Source of the DNA: an uncultured Verrucomicrobiae bacterium
GTDB lineage: Bacteria; Verrucomicrobiota; Verrucomicrobiia; Chthoniobacterales; UBA10450
Reading direction: 5' to 3'
NCBI GenBank assembly: GCA_963735805.1
Contig: CAVTMK010000002.1
Coordinates: 1,248,001-1,312,000, forward strand
Length of the DNA stretch: 64,000 nucleotides
The position numbers were made by a program, and so were the translations under genes. The notes beneath the pieces are model-generated. The model made no database searches, was not told the DNA's origin, and was given only the letters and a program-made list of their open reading frames with translations. Numbering within the stretch: position 1 is the stretch's first letter; every line of letters starts with the position of its first letter. Below are positions 1 to 10,541 of this stretch, piece by piece.

Positions 1-178
1 CTCAGAGTCTTCTGCGCGGACGTGAGATTTGGGTTTTCCTCTTTCTGTTCGGAGTTGGACATGGTTCTCCTCCTTCTCGTTTTGGCGAAGCGCGACTTTA
101 AAGCTACGAACGCTCACGAAAGAAACCAAGGCGATACTTGGCTGCTTCGGTAACAAGCTGCCCGCTAAGCGAAAAGAC

Positions 179-865
179 TTACTTCTGATCGACAAAAGTC
201 ACAGCGCCCGTATCCAGGCTGTAATAGCCGCCAATTACCTGAATCTCGCCGGAATCAACTCTGGCTTTGAGAATTGGCGTGGATGAACGCAGCTGGCCTA
301 CCACGTGTTTGACGTTCGCTTTTATTGTCGCGTCCAGGTCCTCCTTCGCTGTGGCTTCGACTGCAGGCTTGATCGCCGTGACTAGCGATTCGATATGCCC
401 GGGCGCGGTGCCTTTAGCAGCAATCGTCTGCTTTGCTGCTTCAACAGCACCGCAACGCTGATGTCCCAGCACCACAATCAGGCGGGTCCCCAAATGATCA
501 ACCGTGTATTCGAGGCTTCCCAATCCTTCATCGTTGATCACATTTCCCGCAACCCGAACGATAAATAAGTCACCGAGCCCCTGATCGAAGATGATCTCGG
601 GCGGGACGCGAGAATCAGAGCAACTGACGATGGCGGCGAACGGATGTTGAGTTTTTGTCAGTTCAGTGCGCCGCTCCGTCGTTTGCCCGGGATGTTGCAG
701 ATTGCCGCCGGTGTAGCGGCCATTCCCTTCCTTCAGTTTGGCGAGTGCTTCCGCCGGAGCTACTGACGGCTGATCCGAATGGCCGGGATCGGCACCTTGT
801 GCAAACTGGTTCATCACAACCAAACTAGCGAGGGCGAAACAAGACGCGAGATGTGCTTTTTTCAT
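179..865 (-). CDS. Beta-class carbonic anhydrase with signal peptide
   Basis: CSDSRV, GDLFIVRVAGN and HQRCGAV zinc-ligand motifs. Confidence 0.93.
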   Translation of the reverse strand: MKKAHLASCFALASLVVMNQFAQGADPGHSDQPSVAPAEALAKLKEGNGRYTGGNLQHPGQTTERRTELTKTQHPFAAIVSCSDSRVPPEIIFDQGLGDLFIVRVAGNVINDEGLGSLEYTVDHLGTRLIVVLGHQRCGAVEAAKQTIAAKGTAPGHIESLVTAIKPAVEATAKEDLDATIKANVKHVVGQLRSSTPILKARVDSGEIQVIGGYYSLDTGAVTFVDQK

Positions 866-927
866 TTTCCATTTATGAAGGAACTGGACTGTTCAATCAA
901 TTCGAAAATGACGCGATTGTCTGTTTT

Positions 928-1311
928 CTAAAGATTGTACGCGAGCTTGTGAGTCGGCTGATACAGCTGGATGTCATCCGCGCCGGGCACGATCATCATG
1001 ATTACGCGGCCGTACTCGCGTTGCTCGATGGGACCTCGGAATTGTGCTCCTTTCGTCCGCAGTTCGCCGACCGTGGCATCGATGTCGTCACACATCAATG
1101 CGATCGAGTGATGCCGCGTGAAGTCGTAGGATTTGCCTTCCCATTTGCTGTGAGTCGGGTGCACGCCCAACTCGCTCGGCCCAGATTTGAAAATGAGCCA
1201 GTCATTGTCGAAATCTTCTGCGACGTACTTCCATCCAAGGACGTCACGGAGAAACGCACGGGTTGCGTTGGCATCGTCGGAATAAATCAACGTGTGAATT
1301 GAAGTAATCAT
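928..1311 (-). CDS. VOC/glyoxalase family protein
   Basis: AFLRDVLG and LMCDDIDATVGEL..KG pattern. Confidence 0.85.
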   Translation of the reverse strand: MITSIHTLIYSDDANATRAFLRDVLGWKYVAEDFDNDWLIFKSGPSELGVHPTHSKWEGKSYDFTRHHSIALMCDDIDATVGELRTKGAQFRGPIEQREYGRVIMMIVPGADDIQLYQPTHKLAYNL

Positions 1312-1354
1312 GCTGCTATCAGTTTGTTGTTGCTATTGAGCGCATCTAACGCGG

Positions 1355-2176
1355 CTAAGCCTTGCGGCACCACGCCCCGACAGATGCAAACCAGCACGCA
1401 ACAGTCTTCGATTCTGCAACCTGGGTCTGCAGCCTGTGCACCAGGGTGTCAAGGCTACCCAACGACTCGATGGGCAAACGCAACTGCTCTATCTGCGGTC
1501 GCAAACTGCACAAGGTATCGTAATACCACTGTGCAAGGTACGGCTCCTTTCCCATGGGCAGTTCCATGCGCATGGTAGGCGCGCGCAATCCGGCTTCTAC
1601 GAATGTGTGGTACAGGTCCGTTCCCATGTCGTGATTGGCAGAGGCGCGCATTGCCTTGTCAATGAGAGAGGCCGTCGCGAACCAAAGAGGCAGCTGCGCC
1701 AAATGCGCGAGGACCGGGACCCAGCATGGTTCCTGGAAAACAAACACTCCTCCCGGCCGCACCACTTGTGAAATCGAGCGCAACGTTGCGACCGGATCAG
1801 GAAGGTACATCAGAATAAAACGGCCCACCGCCGCATCGAAAGGCTGTTCGTCGAGGATCTCGTTCACATTCGATTCGTTGAAGCTTACGTTGTGAAAGCC
1901 GGCCTCAGTCACGCGAGCACTTGCCTTGGCAATAGACCTCGGGTCCCGCTCGATGGCCACAACCTGACCCGAAGGACCCACCAGTCGGGCTGCTAGCATT
2001 GCAACGTCTCCTGCCCCCGATCCGAGATCCAGAACACGTTGCCCGAGTCCAATGCCCGCATCACGAAAGAATCTTTCGGTGATCGGAGCGACACGCGCAG
2101 CTTGCCGGATCAGACGCTCGTGCTCGGCGTCGGTGTGGCCCAGTGGGTAATCAGAAGAGCGATGGGTCGTTGTCAT
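1355..2176 (-). CDS. Class I SAM-dependent methyltransferase
   Basis: VLDLGSGAG motif I and VRPGG. Confidence 0.92.
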   Translation of the reverse strand: MTTTHRSSDYPLGHTDAEHERLIRQAARVAPITERFFRDAGIGLGQRVLDLGSGAGDVAMLAARLVGPSGQVVAIERDPRSIAKASARVTEAGFHNVSFNESNVNEILDEQPFDAAVGRFILMYLPDPVATLRSISQVVRPGGVFVFQEPCWVPVLAHLAQLPLWFATASLIDKAMRASANHDMGTDLYHTFVEAGLRAPTMRMELPMGKEPYLAQWYYDTLCSLRPQIEQLRLPIESLGSLDTLVHRLQTQVAESKTVACWFASVGAWCRKA

Positions 2177-2374
2177 GGGGACTTCTTGATCGCAAATGAT
2201 TTCTTCTTTGCGACGAGGTTTTTCAAGGTTGCATAAGCTGGCGTGTAACCGGGATCAATGCGAATTGCATTCCGCATTTTGAGCGGAGACGCGCCAGTGA
2301 AACTAAAAACCGACGCGCCCCCAGTAGCGTCGAGGCTACCAAACTCACAACCCGGCAGTCAATGAAAGAATTAT

Positions 2375-2394
2375 GCTCCAGCGATTGGTTAGGT
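2375..2394 (-). repeat. attC remnant (R''-L'' half only)
   Basis: + strand gctccagcgattggttaggt matches the ends of intact attCs and overlaps the stop of 2389-3228. Confidence 0.65.
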
Positions 2395-3228
2395 CTGGTT
2401 TCGAAAGAGTCGTGTCCTTGACTTGCCCAACGCGAGCCAGGGCACGTCGTCGTAAGAATTCGTCACCACCCATGCGGCGGCTGTCAACGCCCAAGAGACA
2501 ATAAACTCAGCCCATTGGGACGCGTTCGCGCCCGCCGCCAAGATCGGGATCCACACCAAGAGTGTGAATAGACCCATCTGCAGCGTCGCCAGCATGGCCG
2601 CCAGTCTCGCGTAGATACCGATCACGATCGCCAAGCCTGCCGCGATGAAGGTATAGCCCGTGAAATACGCCCAACCCACATGGGCTGGCAACCAGCCGGG
2701 CACCAAGTCAGCCGTTACCTTGAGATAGATGAAATGGGCCACGCCAAACGGGATCAACGCCAGGCCGAAGAGCGCCCTCGCGATGCGCATGCCATTTTCG
2801 CCGGTGGCAAACTTGAAATACCGCCTGTCCCAGTCACGCGCGAACCAGGTATACAGTACCCAGGCTGCTCCAGTCATTACCGCGGTCTGGCAACTTGCCC
2901 ACCACACGTCCACCGTGGGCGAGATGAAAATGAGTGGCACTCTCATCGCCAGCAACCAAAGCAGTAGATAGATGAGCAGCACGCGCGCAGCGGCGGCTGA
3001 TGCGCGTTGCCACAACAAGCCTATCCCTGACGCCAGCGGAATAACGACACAAAGAAAGGTCAGTACGCCGCGAGCCGGCATACTTTTGGGTACCGGCTGC
3101 CATATGGGCGTGAATTTACCTCTGATCAGGCCCAGGATTCCCAGGGCAATCATGGTCACCGCAAAGGCAACATGACTTGCGCTTGCGATGCGAATGCCTC
3201 TTCCTCCGTTGGTTTGCTGCATAGTCAA
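2389..3228 (-). CDS. DoxX-like membrane protein (cassette)
   Basis: Two repeated hydrophobic units, FGVAHF..LVPGWLP. Confidence 0.75.
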   Translation of the reverse strand: MTMQQTNGGRGIRIASASHVAFAVTMIALGILGLIRGKFTPIWQPVPKSMPARGVLTFLCVVIPLASGIGLLWQRASAAAARVLLIYLLLWLLAMRVPLIFISPTVDVWWASCQTAVMTGAAWVLYTWFARDWDRRYFKFATGENGMRIARALFGLALIPFGVAHFIYLKVTADLVPGWLPAHVGWAYFTGYTFIAAGLAIVIGIYARLAAMLATLQMGLFTLLVWIPILAAGANASQWAEFIVSWALTAAAWVVTNSYDDVPWLALGKSRTRLFRNQT

Positions 3229-3234
3229 ATCGCG

Positions 3235-3258
3235 GCCTAACGAGAAGAAGAGTTAGGC
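3235..3258 (-). repeat. Collapsed attC (two core boxes with a 10-nt spacer)
   Basis: gcctaac-gagaagaaga-gttaggc. Confidence 0.6.
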
Positions 3259-3463
3259 AAAATATGACCCAAAAAGGTCGCGGCAATAAACTTCAAGCTG
3301 CGTAGAGTTGAAACATGCACACGACGGACAGACAGCCATGACTTACCGGCGTTCGAGGCCAGGCTCAGGCGATCTTAGTTGCACCCCAGCACGGCCGGAT
3401 CCACCACCAAATATACCAAGAACGGCGGTAACATCATCAGCTATCGCCCGAGCCAGCCCTCAA

Positions 3464-3997
3464 TCAATAACCGGTTGGCGAGGCTTTGGTGTTAGCTACC
3501 CGTTGCAGTTCTTCCCCACTGACCTGTACGACATTGTCCGTGCGGACATGCGCCCCGGCCCAAGCGGTGCTGTCATCAACTTCGATCCAGCGACCGGGCA
3601 GACGACTTCCGGTGAACGGCGGCACCCATATCCGGTGTGTACCTTTCGTTACGGTTACGGACGCGCGCGTTTGTTTGAGCTCAAAATTCAGGTGTGTCGA
3701 TTCACCTGGTTCGAGCGTCGTATTATTAATGGAACCCTTCACAGCACCATTTACAACCAGCGTTACCCGGTAATTGCCCGCCGCGAGACCCTCTAAACTG
3801 TAACGGCCGTTTACATTCGTTTTAGCCGTTGTGAGCAATCTGCCAGTGTTTGTCGCTTCAATCCGGATGTCCGCGCCTTGAATCGGATGCCCCTTAGCAT
3901 CCTTGACGATTCCCTGCAGGACGGAATTCGCCGCCCATGCACTTGCGACAAAAAGCATGACCCCAGTAAAACCAATCCAAATAGATTTGATAAGCAT
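3464..3997 (-). CDS. Secreted carboxypeptidase-like regulatory domain protein
   Basis: Signal peptide, then GIVKDAKGHPIQGADI..TNVNGRYSLEGLAAGNYRV. Start taken at MLIKS. Confidence 0.75.
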   Translation of the reverse strand: MLIKSIWIGFTGVMLFVASAWAANSVLQGIVKDAKGHPIQGADIRIEATNTGRLLTTAKTNVNGRYSLEGLAAGNYRVTLVVNGAVKGSINNTTLEPGESTHLNFELKQTRASVTVTKGTHRIWVPPFTGSRLPGRWIEVDDSTAWAGAHVRTDNVVQVSGEELQRVANTKASPTGY

Positions 3998-4235
3998 ATA
4001 AAGAAAGAGGGTGGCAACGTGGCAAACGAACAATATCCAGTTCGCCAATTTCGATGTGGCCAGTTTGCGTGTTAACTGGTTTTGTTCGGATGCGGCTTTT
4101 AGGTTGCCTATTGACGGCAGCATCTCATCTTGAGAAAGCATTCACTGGATGCAAAAGTGGTATTGAAAAATGAATGGCGCGATTTACGGCCGCACGGTCT
4201 CATCGGTCCCGAGGCAGCGTCGGCGTCGTTTAGTC

Positions 4236-5801
4236 ATGTCGTTTGAAATGGTGCGGCTGGATCGCGCGTCGTCGGAGCCGCTTTACCAGCAACTCTATCG
4301 TCAAATACGAGAAGAACTTGAGAGCGGCAGTTTTGATTCAAGCGCTTCTCGTTTGCCTTCCTCACGAGTTCTCGCTGCAACTCTTGCGATTTCGAGACCG
4401 ACCGTAAACCAGGCGTTCTCAAAACTGCTTGCGGAGGGCTATCTTCAAGTCCGGAAACGATCTGGTATCTTTGTGGCCGATCATTTACCGGCAACTTTTC
4501 TGAAGGCCGCGAGGCTGACGGCGACGGCACGCATCGAGCATTCTCCGCGTGTCGCACGGCGAGTAACCAGAATGACTGATTTTCGCAGGGGCCGACAACT
4601 CGATGTTGGCATTGGCGGACCGCCGTCCGTTACATTCGTCGCGGGGTTGCCGGCCGTGGATGAATTCCCGATTGCTGTTTGGGAACGCTTGCGCGAGCAG
4701 GTCTTGGCAAAGAAGGGAGCGCACCTATTGCGTTATGCCTCGAGCCGTGGCGAGATCGAACTGCGGAAGGCGATCGCTGCTTACTTGTGCGACTTTCGTG
4801 GCGCCAATTGTCATCACGACCAAATCGTAGTCGTAGGCGGTATGCAACAGGCGATGCTGGCATGCGCGCTCGCATTAATCAATGAGGGTGAAGTGGCCTG
4901 GATCGAAGATCCCGTCTTCCATCAGGCACGTAATGTCCTGGCTTTTGTCGGGGCGAAAACGGTCCCGCGCCCGATCGATCGTGAAGGTCTGGTAATCGGG
5001 AAGTGCTCGCGGCAAAATTCTCCCAGACTCATTCTTGTCACACCGTCGCATCAGTTTCCCCTGGGTGTGACGATGAGCTTGAAGCGGCGGAAAGCTTTGA
5101 TCGAGTTCGCGGAGTCGCGCGACGGCTACATCCTGGAGGATGATTATGATTTCGAGTTTCGTTTCGATGGGCCGCCGCTGCCATGTCTTCAAGGTTTGGA
5201 CCATGCCGGACGGGTGATCTATTCCGCCAGTATGAGCAAGATCCTCTATCCATCGCTGCGTATCGGTTTTCTGGTCGCACCGCCACAGCTTGTTGACACT
5301 CTGGTCAAGGTGCGCGCTATCATGGACCAACACTCCCCGGCGATCGATCAAGCCACTCTGGCGCAGTTCATCACCGAAGGATTTTTCCTCAGTCATGTGA
5401 AACGGATTCGCGAAATCTATGCGAAGCGACGCGTATTCTTTATCGAACAATTCCAAAAATGGCTGGGCGACTATTTCGTTCTGGAAGTGACGCCAGCCGG
5501 TTTACACTTTATCGCCTGGCTGCGGCGCGAGGAAGATTTCCCCTTATTCATGCGTGCTCGTGAGCAAACTGGCGTTTGGGCCCGCCCTCTTTCTTTCTTC
5601 TGCATCAAGGCTCAGTTGGATCCGGCATTCGTGTTTGGATTCGCGGCCTGGTCGCACGCGCAAATTGAACAAGGCTTGGCGAAACTAGCGTCGGCGGTTA
5701 AGCAAATGAAGCGGCGTGGCGCGGAAAATGGTTCATCGTTTCAAATCCGCCCTACCTCACCTGTTACGAGTCCATACTGGCCGCCGACAGCTATCCGATA
5801 A
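4236..5801 (+). CDS. MocR-type GntR regulator with PLP-dependent aminotransferase domain
   Basis: N-terminal wHTH (PLYQQLY..RLPSSR), TPSHQFPLG, ILEDDYD, SMSK..PSLRIG. Confidence 0.93.
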   Translation: MSFEMVRLDRASSEPLYQQLYRQIREELESGSFDSSASRLPSSRVLAATLAISRPTVNQAFSKLLAEGYLQVRKRSGIFVADHLPATFLKAARLTATARIEHSPRVARRVTRMTDFRRGRQLDVGIGGPPSVTFVAGLPAVDEFPIAVWERLREQVLAKKGAHLLRYASSRGEIELRKAIAAYLCDFRGANCHHDQIVVVGGMQQAMLACALALINEGEVAWIEDPVFHQARNVLAFVGAKTVPRPIDREGLVIGKCSRQNSPRLILVTPSHQFPLGVTMSLKRRKALIEFAESRDGYILEDDYDFEFRFDGPPLPCLQGLDHAGRVIYSASMSKILYPSLRIGFLVAPPQLVDTLVKVRAIMDQHSPAIDQATLAQFITEGFFLSHVKRIREIYAKRRVFFIEQFQKWLGDYFVLEVTPAGLHFIAWLRREEDFPLFMRAREQTGVWARPLSFFCIKAQLDPAFVFGFAAWSHAQIEQGLAKLASAVKQMKRRGAENGSSFQIRPTSPVTSPYWPPTAIR

Positions 5802-5803
5802 AA

Positions 5804-7057
5804 TTAGAAAGATTTGCGGACGCAACCGCTGGCTTGCGGCTCATTCGCGAAGCGCGCCGCCGTCCAATTGAAGAGCTGCTCTTCGAGCGGCGTCCCATGC
5901 AGCACAATCGTCAAGTGGTCGCGCCCCTTAAATGTCCAATACTCGAGTCGTTGACCGGCAGAGCAGCGCTCTTCGACGTACGCGTCAGTGGCAGACGACG
6001 GCACGACGATATCCGAGAGGCCTTGTGCGATTACGACAGGTGCCTTGATTGGCCCGTCCGGCGTGTTCTGTTCGAGCCGGGCTTGAAGCGCTTTGTTAGA
6101 ACTCGTCGCCAATGCTGGTCCGTCGAACGTAGCTGCCAGTGCGCCGATGCGTTCCGCATCATTTGCCGGGACGAAATCGCATAAGTTTACTATCTGACGC
6201 GCAGCATCGAGCGCCGCGGGCCGAAGGGCTTTCTCAAATATGATGTCCGGGTAGAACCGGCTGTACGACAACGCGAGATATGGCCCAAACCGCTTGTCCG
6301 CCTCGACGTTCATCGCGAGAATGTTCTTGATGTTTGCGGGCGGTGCGATTGCCGCGACTCCAAGGATTTCGAGCTCCGGCGCGTAGCGCGGCGCAACAAT
6401 GCCGCTCCAAAGAGCGGCGTGTCCCCCTTGGGAGTAACCCCACACCACCATGCGTTTGTCGAGGGTAAGCTCGGACATCTGCCGCGCGGCACGGACCGAA
6501 TCGAGCACCGCACGGGCTTCGCCCTCGCCGATCAGGTAGGGATGCGGGCCACCCTTTTCTGCGAAGGAGTAATCTGTCGCGACCACGACCCAGCCAGCCG
6601 CAACGATCCGGTCACGCCAGGGGATGCCCTTGCTCGGCATCGACAAAAGGGACGGCATGCATTTCTGCAGCAAGCCCGTCGTGGCGTGCTCCCATGCGAT
6701 GACAGGGCGCGGGCCTGCTGGAGGATTGGTCGGCGCGAACACTATCGCGACCGCCGTCGCTGGCGTGTTGTCGTCGACAGTGGTTGCATAAAGGATGCGC
6801 CAGCCTCGGGTGCCGGCTGGCAGTATCACGTCTTTGAGCGGCTCGCTCCGCAGTAACGCGCCAGGCTGGCGCGACGCGTCCGACGGTGGATCGTAGAATG
6901 CATCTGGCGCGTACGCAGTGATGCTCGCGCCAAACGCCTGGGGTGTCGGCGTACTGCTCGCCTCTGACGAAGATAGTTTGCGTCGATTGCAGCCAGCTCC
7001 GGAGAGCAAAACAAGCAGCACCGCGCAGCCAATCGAGCGGAGTCCGGCAATGTTCAT
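5804..7057 (-). CDS. Secretory lipase family lipoprotein
   Basis: GYSQGG nucleophile motif and lipobox-like GAGC. Confidence 0.88.
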   Translation of the reverse strand: MNIAGLRSIGCAVLLVLLSGAGCNRRKLSSSEASSTPTPQAFGASITAYAPDAFYDPPSDASRQPGALLRSEPLKDVILPAGTRGWRILYATTVDDNTPATAVAIVFAPTNPPAGPRPVIAWEHATTGLLQKCMPSLLSMPSKGIPWRDRIVAAGWVVVATDYSFAEKGGPHPYLIGEGEARAVLDSVRAARQMSELTLDKRMVVWGYSQGGHAALWSGIVAPRYAPELEILGVAAIAPPANIKNILAMNVEADKRFGPYLALSYSRFYPDIIFEKALRPAALDAARQIVNLCDFVPANDAERIGALAATFDGPALATSSNKALQARLEQNTPDGPIKAPVVIAQGLSDIVVPSSATDAYVEERCSAGQRLEYWTFKGRDHLTIVLHGTPLEEQLFNWTAARFANEPQASGCVRKSF

Positions 7058-7110
7058 AAGGCACTTCTCCTGGCAACCTGTGATCCGCTATCCATCGATC
7101 CAGCAAGACG

Positions 7111-7167
7111 ACCTAATGAGAATCGAGCAGATTGGGAATCTGCGTCGGCTTCATCGATTGCTTAGCG
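7111..7167 (-). repeat. Degenerate attC containing part of insert 0
   Basis: acctaat-gagaatcgagcagattgggaatctgcg...ggcttcatcgattg-cttagcg, both cores mutated. Confidence 0.6.
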
Positions 7168-7194
7168 ATGCTTTCATCTCGCAGTACTGTGTCA

Positions 7195-7977
7195 TCAGAA
7201 TATCTGATGGGTCATCACACCACCGTCCACGAGAAGGTTCGCGCCTGTGATCCAACGCGCAGCGGGTGAAGCCAGAAATAAACACGCATCCGCCACATCT
7301 TCGGGAAGCCCCAGGCGTTTCAGCGGCGCGGTTTCTTTCCAGCGTTTCACTCCGTCGGGCCAATCTCGCTCCAAACCTTCACGCCAGATCAAGCCCGGCG
7401 CGACTGCATTGACGCGAATACCATGCGGCGCGAGCTCGCACGCCGACGCGCGGGTGAACATTAGCACGCCGCCTTTCGCCGCATTGTAGTGGCTGTGATT
7501 CGGCGCCGGGTTTTCCGACTCGATCGACGTGATGTTAACAATCGCGCCATCGTTTTGTTCTTTCATCACCTTTGCTGCCGCTTGTGTACAAAGAAACACC
7601 GAACGCAAATTGGCGTCCACAACGTGGTCCCATTCATCGGGCGTCATCTCCAAAACGCTGTGAAGCGGATAAGTTCCCGCGTTGTTGATGAGCACGTCTA
7701 ATCGCTCAAATTGCTCGACCGCGCGCTTGATGAGGCGTGCCGCGTCTTTCTCTTGGGTCAGGTCGCCCTGCACGGCAATGGCATTGCCGCCGCGCTCTTG
7801 AATCTGACGCGTCACCTTCTGCGCGCCAGTCTCGCTCGAATTGTAATGCACAATCACGCCGGCGCCCGCTTCGGCCAACCGCCGGGCGATACCTTGTCCC
7901 AAGCCGCTGCCAGCCCCCGTAACAAGCGCGATCTTGCCACTGAAATCGAACAGAGATTTAACGGGTGGAATGTCCAT
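7195..7977 (-). CDS. SDR family oxidoreductase
   Basis: TGAGSGLG, NNAG, YNAAK. Start taken at MDIPPV. Confidence 0.93.
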   Translation of the reverse strand: MDIPPVKSLFDFSGKIALVTGAGSGLGQGIARRLAEAGAGVIVHYNSSETGAQKVTRQIQERGGNAIAVQGDLTQEKDAARLIKRAVEQFERLDVLINNAGTYPLHSVLEMTPDEWDHVVDANLRSVFLCTQAAAKVMKEQNDGAIVNITSIESENPAPNHSHYNAAKGGVLMFTRASACELAPHGIRVNAVAPGLIWREGLERDWPDGVKRWKETAPLKRLGLPEDVADACLFLASPAARWITGANLLVDGGVMTHQIF

Positions 7978-7998
7978 AGTCCATAACCGTTCGGTTTG

Positions 7999-8059
7999 AT
8001 CTAACACAATGCCGCTGGGACGACTTCTTGCACGGGAAAGAGATCGGCTGGTGAGATGC
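7999..8059 (-). repeat. Possible highly degenerate attC
   Basis: atctaac ... ctggtgagat between two co-oriented ORFs. Confidence 0.4.
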
Positions 8060-8069
8060 AACACTCGAA

Positions 8070-8981
8070 CTACGGGCGCGGCGCGGGCGTCGGTTGACTC
8101 CTTGGTGTTGGCGCAACTTTCGGTGAGGGTGCGTTACTCTTCCCGGGAAGGTCTTTCTTCAACTCATCGGTGATTCTTTCTTTCACCATGTTTTTAATGG
8201 CATCGCTAAACGAAGGTGACGCAGTAGCGCTCGGTTGAGGTGCTGGCGTCGCTCTGTTCTTATCAACCGACCGCAGGATAGCCGGCGCGAAAATCACTGA
8301 CACAATGGCAAGTATCAGGAGTAACGCCGCGATGATAAAAATCGCGATCGGAACCGGTGAAAGTCCTTTGCGCCTTGTCGCGCCATGCGCGGTGTGTCGT
8401 GCCCCGGCGACACACGACGGGGGCGCTGGATTGCCAACCGTCTCGGCATAAAGGTTGACTAACGAAACAACAACTCCGTGTTTCACTTCCACATCGCCTA
8501 GTTCGTGCAGGTAAGGTTGCCAACGACGATGCTGTGCCAGATCACCCGCGAAGCGTTTGCTCACCAGAATGTGACCCGCGTCGCCGCAATCCATCACCCG
8601 ACGCGCGACATTGATTCCCACTCCGGAAATGTTTTCGCGCGTATTAGCATCCCTGATGTGTTGCACCGGCCCACTGTGGATTCCCATCCTTACCGGCAGG
8701 CTCGGTTGCGCGCGAAGAGCTCGACTGACTTCCAGAGCGCATTCGGCAGGTCCCTCTACTGAACCGGTGAAAGCCAGGGCCATGCCGTCGCCGGTCGGCA
8801 AAATAATCAGCTGGCCTGCTGCTTCTGCTTCACGCACTGCTTCGGTGTTACGGACAATCTGATTCAATTCCTGGAGCGCTTCTGATTGTTCGTCGGTCAG
8901 CAGCTTGGAATACTCGACGATATCGATGAACAAGACATGCGCGATCTCCAGGCGCGGCTTGGTTTTCTCATCCTCCTCCAT
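8070..8981 (-). CDS. Class III adenylate/guanylate cyclase domain protein with a TM helix
   Basis: LFIDIVEYS, TGDG, VRMGIHSG, GINVARR. Confidence 0.88.
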   Translation of the reverse strand: MEEDEKTKPRLEIAHVLFIDIVEYSKLLTDEQSEALQELNQIVRNTEAVREAEAAGQLIILPTGDGMALAFTGSVEGPAECALEVSRALRAQPSLPVRMGIHSGPVQHIRDANTRENISGVGINVARRVMDCGDAGHILVSKRFAGDLAQHRRWQPYLHELGDVEVKHGVVVSLVNLYAETVGNPAPPSCVAGARHTAHGATRRKGLSPVPIAIFIIAALLLILAIVSVIFAPAILRSVDKNRATPAPQPSATASPSFSDAIKNMVKERITDELKKDLPGKSNAPSPKVAPTPRSQPTPAPRP

Positions 8982-9077
8982 TGGCGGGAAACGTTAAGCG
9001 CACTCCGTCGACCGCTCTAGACGATTTTTTCGTCCGCCATTTCGCCGCTGGCAGGTTTGCGAAGAACGGCCCTTACG

Positions 9078-9128
9078 ATCTAACGAGAGTCGAGCAGATT
9101 GGGAATTCGTGAGATGGACGGGACAGCC
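9078..9128 (-). repeat. attC remnant (R' plus part of insert 0)
   Basis: atctaac-gagagtcgagcagattgggaattcgtgagatggacgggacagcc, similar to 10287-10337. Confidence 0.6.
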
Positions 9129-9138
9129 AGGATTGGGG

Positions 9139-9798
9139 TCACTTCTTTTTAGCAAGCGAATCAAGAAGCTTTTGCAAATCCTTCCACGGAAATTCACCAA
9201 CGTGGACTTGGCCATTGATAACGAAAGCGGGCGCGCCGGTGATGTTATAACGTTTCTGCGCTTCCTCGCCGACTTTGGTGGCGCGTTCCACTTCGGCTTT
9301 GTTTTCTATGCATTGATCCGCCAGAGCAGTATTCATTCCCGCCATTCGGCCCATTGCCATCAACGCCCCATGCACGTCAGTCGCGCCGAACTCCGGATCC
9401 CATTCCTTCTGATTGCGGTACAGCATGTCGATGAAGTGCATATACTTGCTGGGGGGAAGGCAGCGGGCCATTGCTTCCGCGGCCAAATCCACCGGATTCA
9501 AAGGGAAGACTCGAAAAACGTAGTAGACTTTTCCGGTAACGATATATTTCGCCTTTAAAAGCGGTAACGAGTCCAAGTTGAAGCGAGCGCAGGGCGGACA
9601 AGTCAGCGACGCGTATTCGACCATCAAAATCGGGGCTTTTGGAGAGCCAATCGACCTGTCTGTTGCTGTGATCGTGATGGCGGCTCTCTCCTCGGTTGCC
9701 GAGAGCGCGGCGCTTTGAAAGACTATCACGGCAAGGACCGCCGCAACGGCGCTCAGGGTGATTCGCGTGCTGTTCAAATTGTCCTTCAGGCGATACAT
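9139..9798 (-). CDS. DsbA/thioredoxin family protein
   Basis: EYASLTCPPCA, ITGAPAFVING. Confidence 0.9.
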   Translation of the reverse strand: MYRLKDNLNSTRITLSAVAAVLAVIVFQSAALSATEERAAITITATDRSIGSPKAPILMVEYASLTCPPCARFNLDSLPLLKAKYIVTGKVYYVFRVFPLNPVDLAAEAMARCLPPSKYMHFIDMLYRNQKEWDPEFGATDVHGALMAMGRMAGMNTALADQCIENKAEVERATKVGEEAQKRYNITGAPAFVINGQVHVGEFPWKDLQKLLDSLAKKK

Positions 9799-9857
9799 TA
9801 TTCCTCCACAATCCTTTCAGCAATCATCCTCTCGCCGGGCGTTGGCATACTCATGCA

Positions 9858-10235
9858 TTAGTTGTCAGCAGACTGCTTTATGTAATCGCTCAGGGCTTCG
9901 ATTCGCTGGTTGATTAACTTGAGCTGTGCGTTCGCGAAATCTACTCGCATACCGCTGCCTCCAATCGCGCCGCCGACGCGCGCGATCAACATGGCTTCAT
10001 CGTCACGCCACTTGATCCATGAGCGTTCGGCTTCTTTTAAAGCCTTCTGCCCGTCCGCATCCAGTTTACCCATCAGACGTTTATAGACTGCGTCGAGGCG
10101 GGTATTGGCCTGGTCCACTGCGGCCTGTTCCTCCGTTCCCGGTGGTTTGAAGTCAGGACCTTGGCCTTTGGATTCAAGAGACACGGCCATGATCACGACG
10201 GCAATCCAAGCGGCGAATAGTGTTTTTATCTTCAT
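9858..10235 (-). CDS. LprI/DUF1311 family secreted protein
   Basis: LDAVYKRL..LKEAERSWIKWRD. Confidence 0.8.
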   Translation of the reverse strand: MKIKTLFAAWIAVVIMAVSLESKGQGPDFKPPGTEEQAAVDQANTRLDAVYKRLMGKLDADGQKALKEAERSWIKWRDDEAMLIARVGGAIGGSGMRVDFANAQLKLINQRIEALSDYIKQSADN

Positions 10236-10286
10236 TTTCCTGGTTGGAGTTTGCTGCCTGCGAAGGCCAGGAAGCAAGCTTTAACC

Positions 10287-10484
10287 GCCTAACGAGAATC
10301 GAGCAGATTGGGAATCTGCGAGATAGACGGGATAGCCCGCGAGGGCGAATGAGCCGGGAAGATCATGAGTCAAAGAGAGAAGCTACGGCATGTGGTGGTG
10401 CGATCTGTTTCACTTCATCCTTCATAACTTTCCTTCTGCTTTGCCGCACAGCGGCGTGCGGTTGGCTTTATCGATTGGTTAGAT
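10287..10484 (-). repeat. attC carrying insert 0 (10299-10373)
   Basis: gcctaac-gagaa[75 bp]agagagaagctacggca ... ggctttatcgattg-gttagat. Confidence 0.7.
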
Positions 10485-10541
10485 TTCACCTCGACGAATG
10501 AAGCGGTTTGTGATGCCGATCGTTCCCAAGCGTGGACAACA

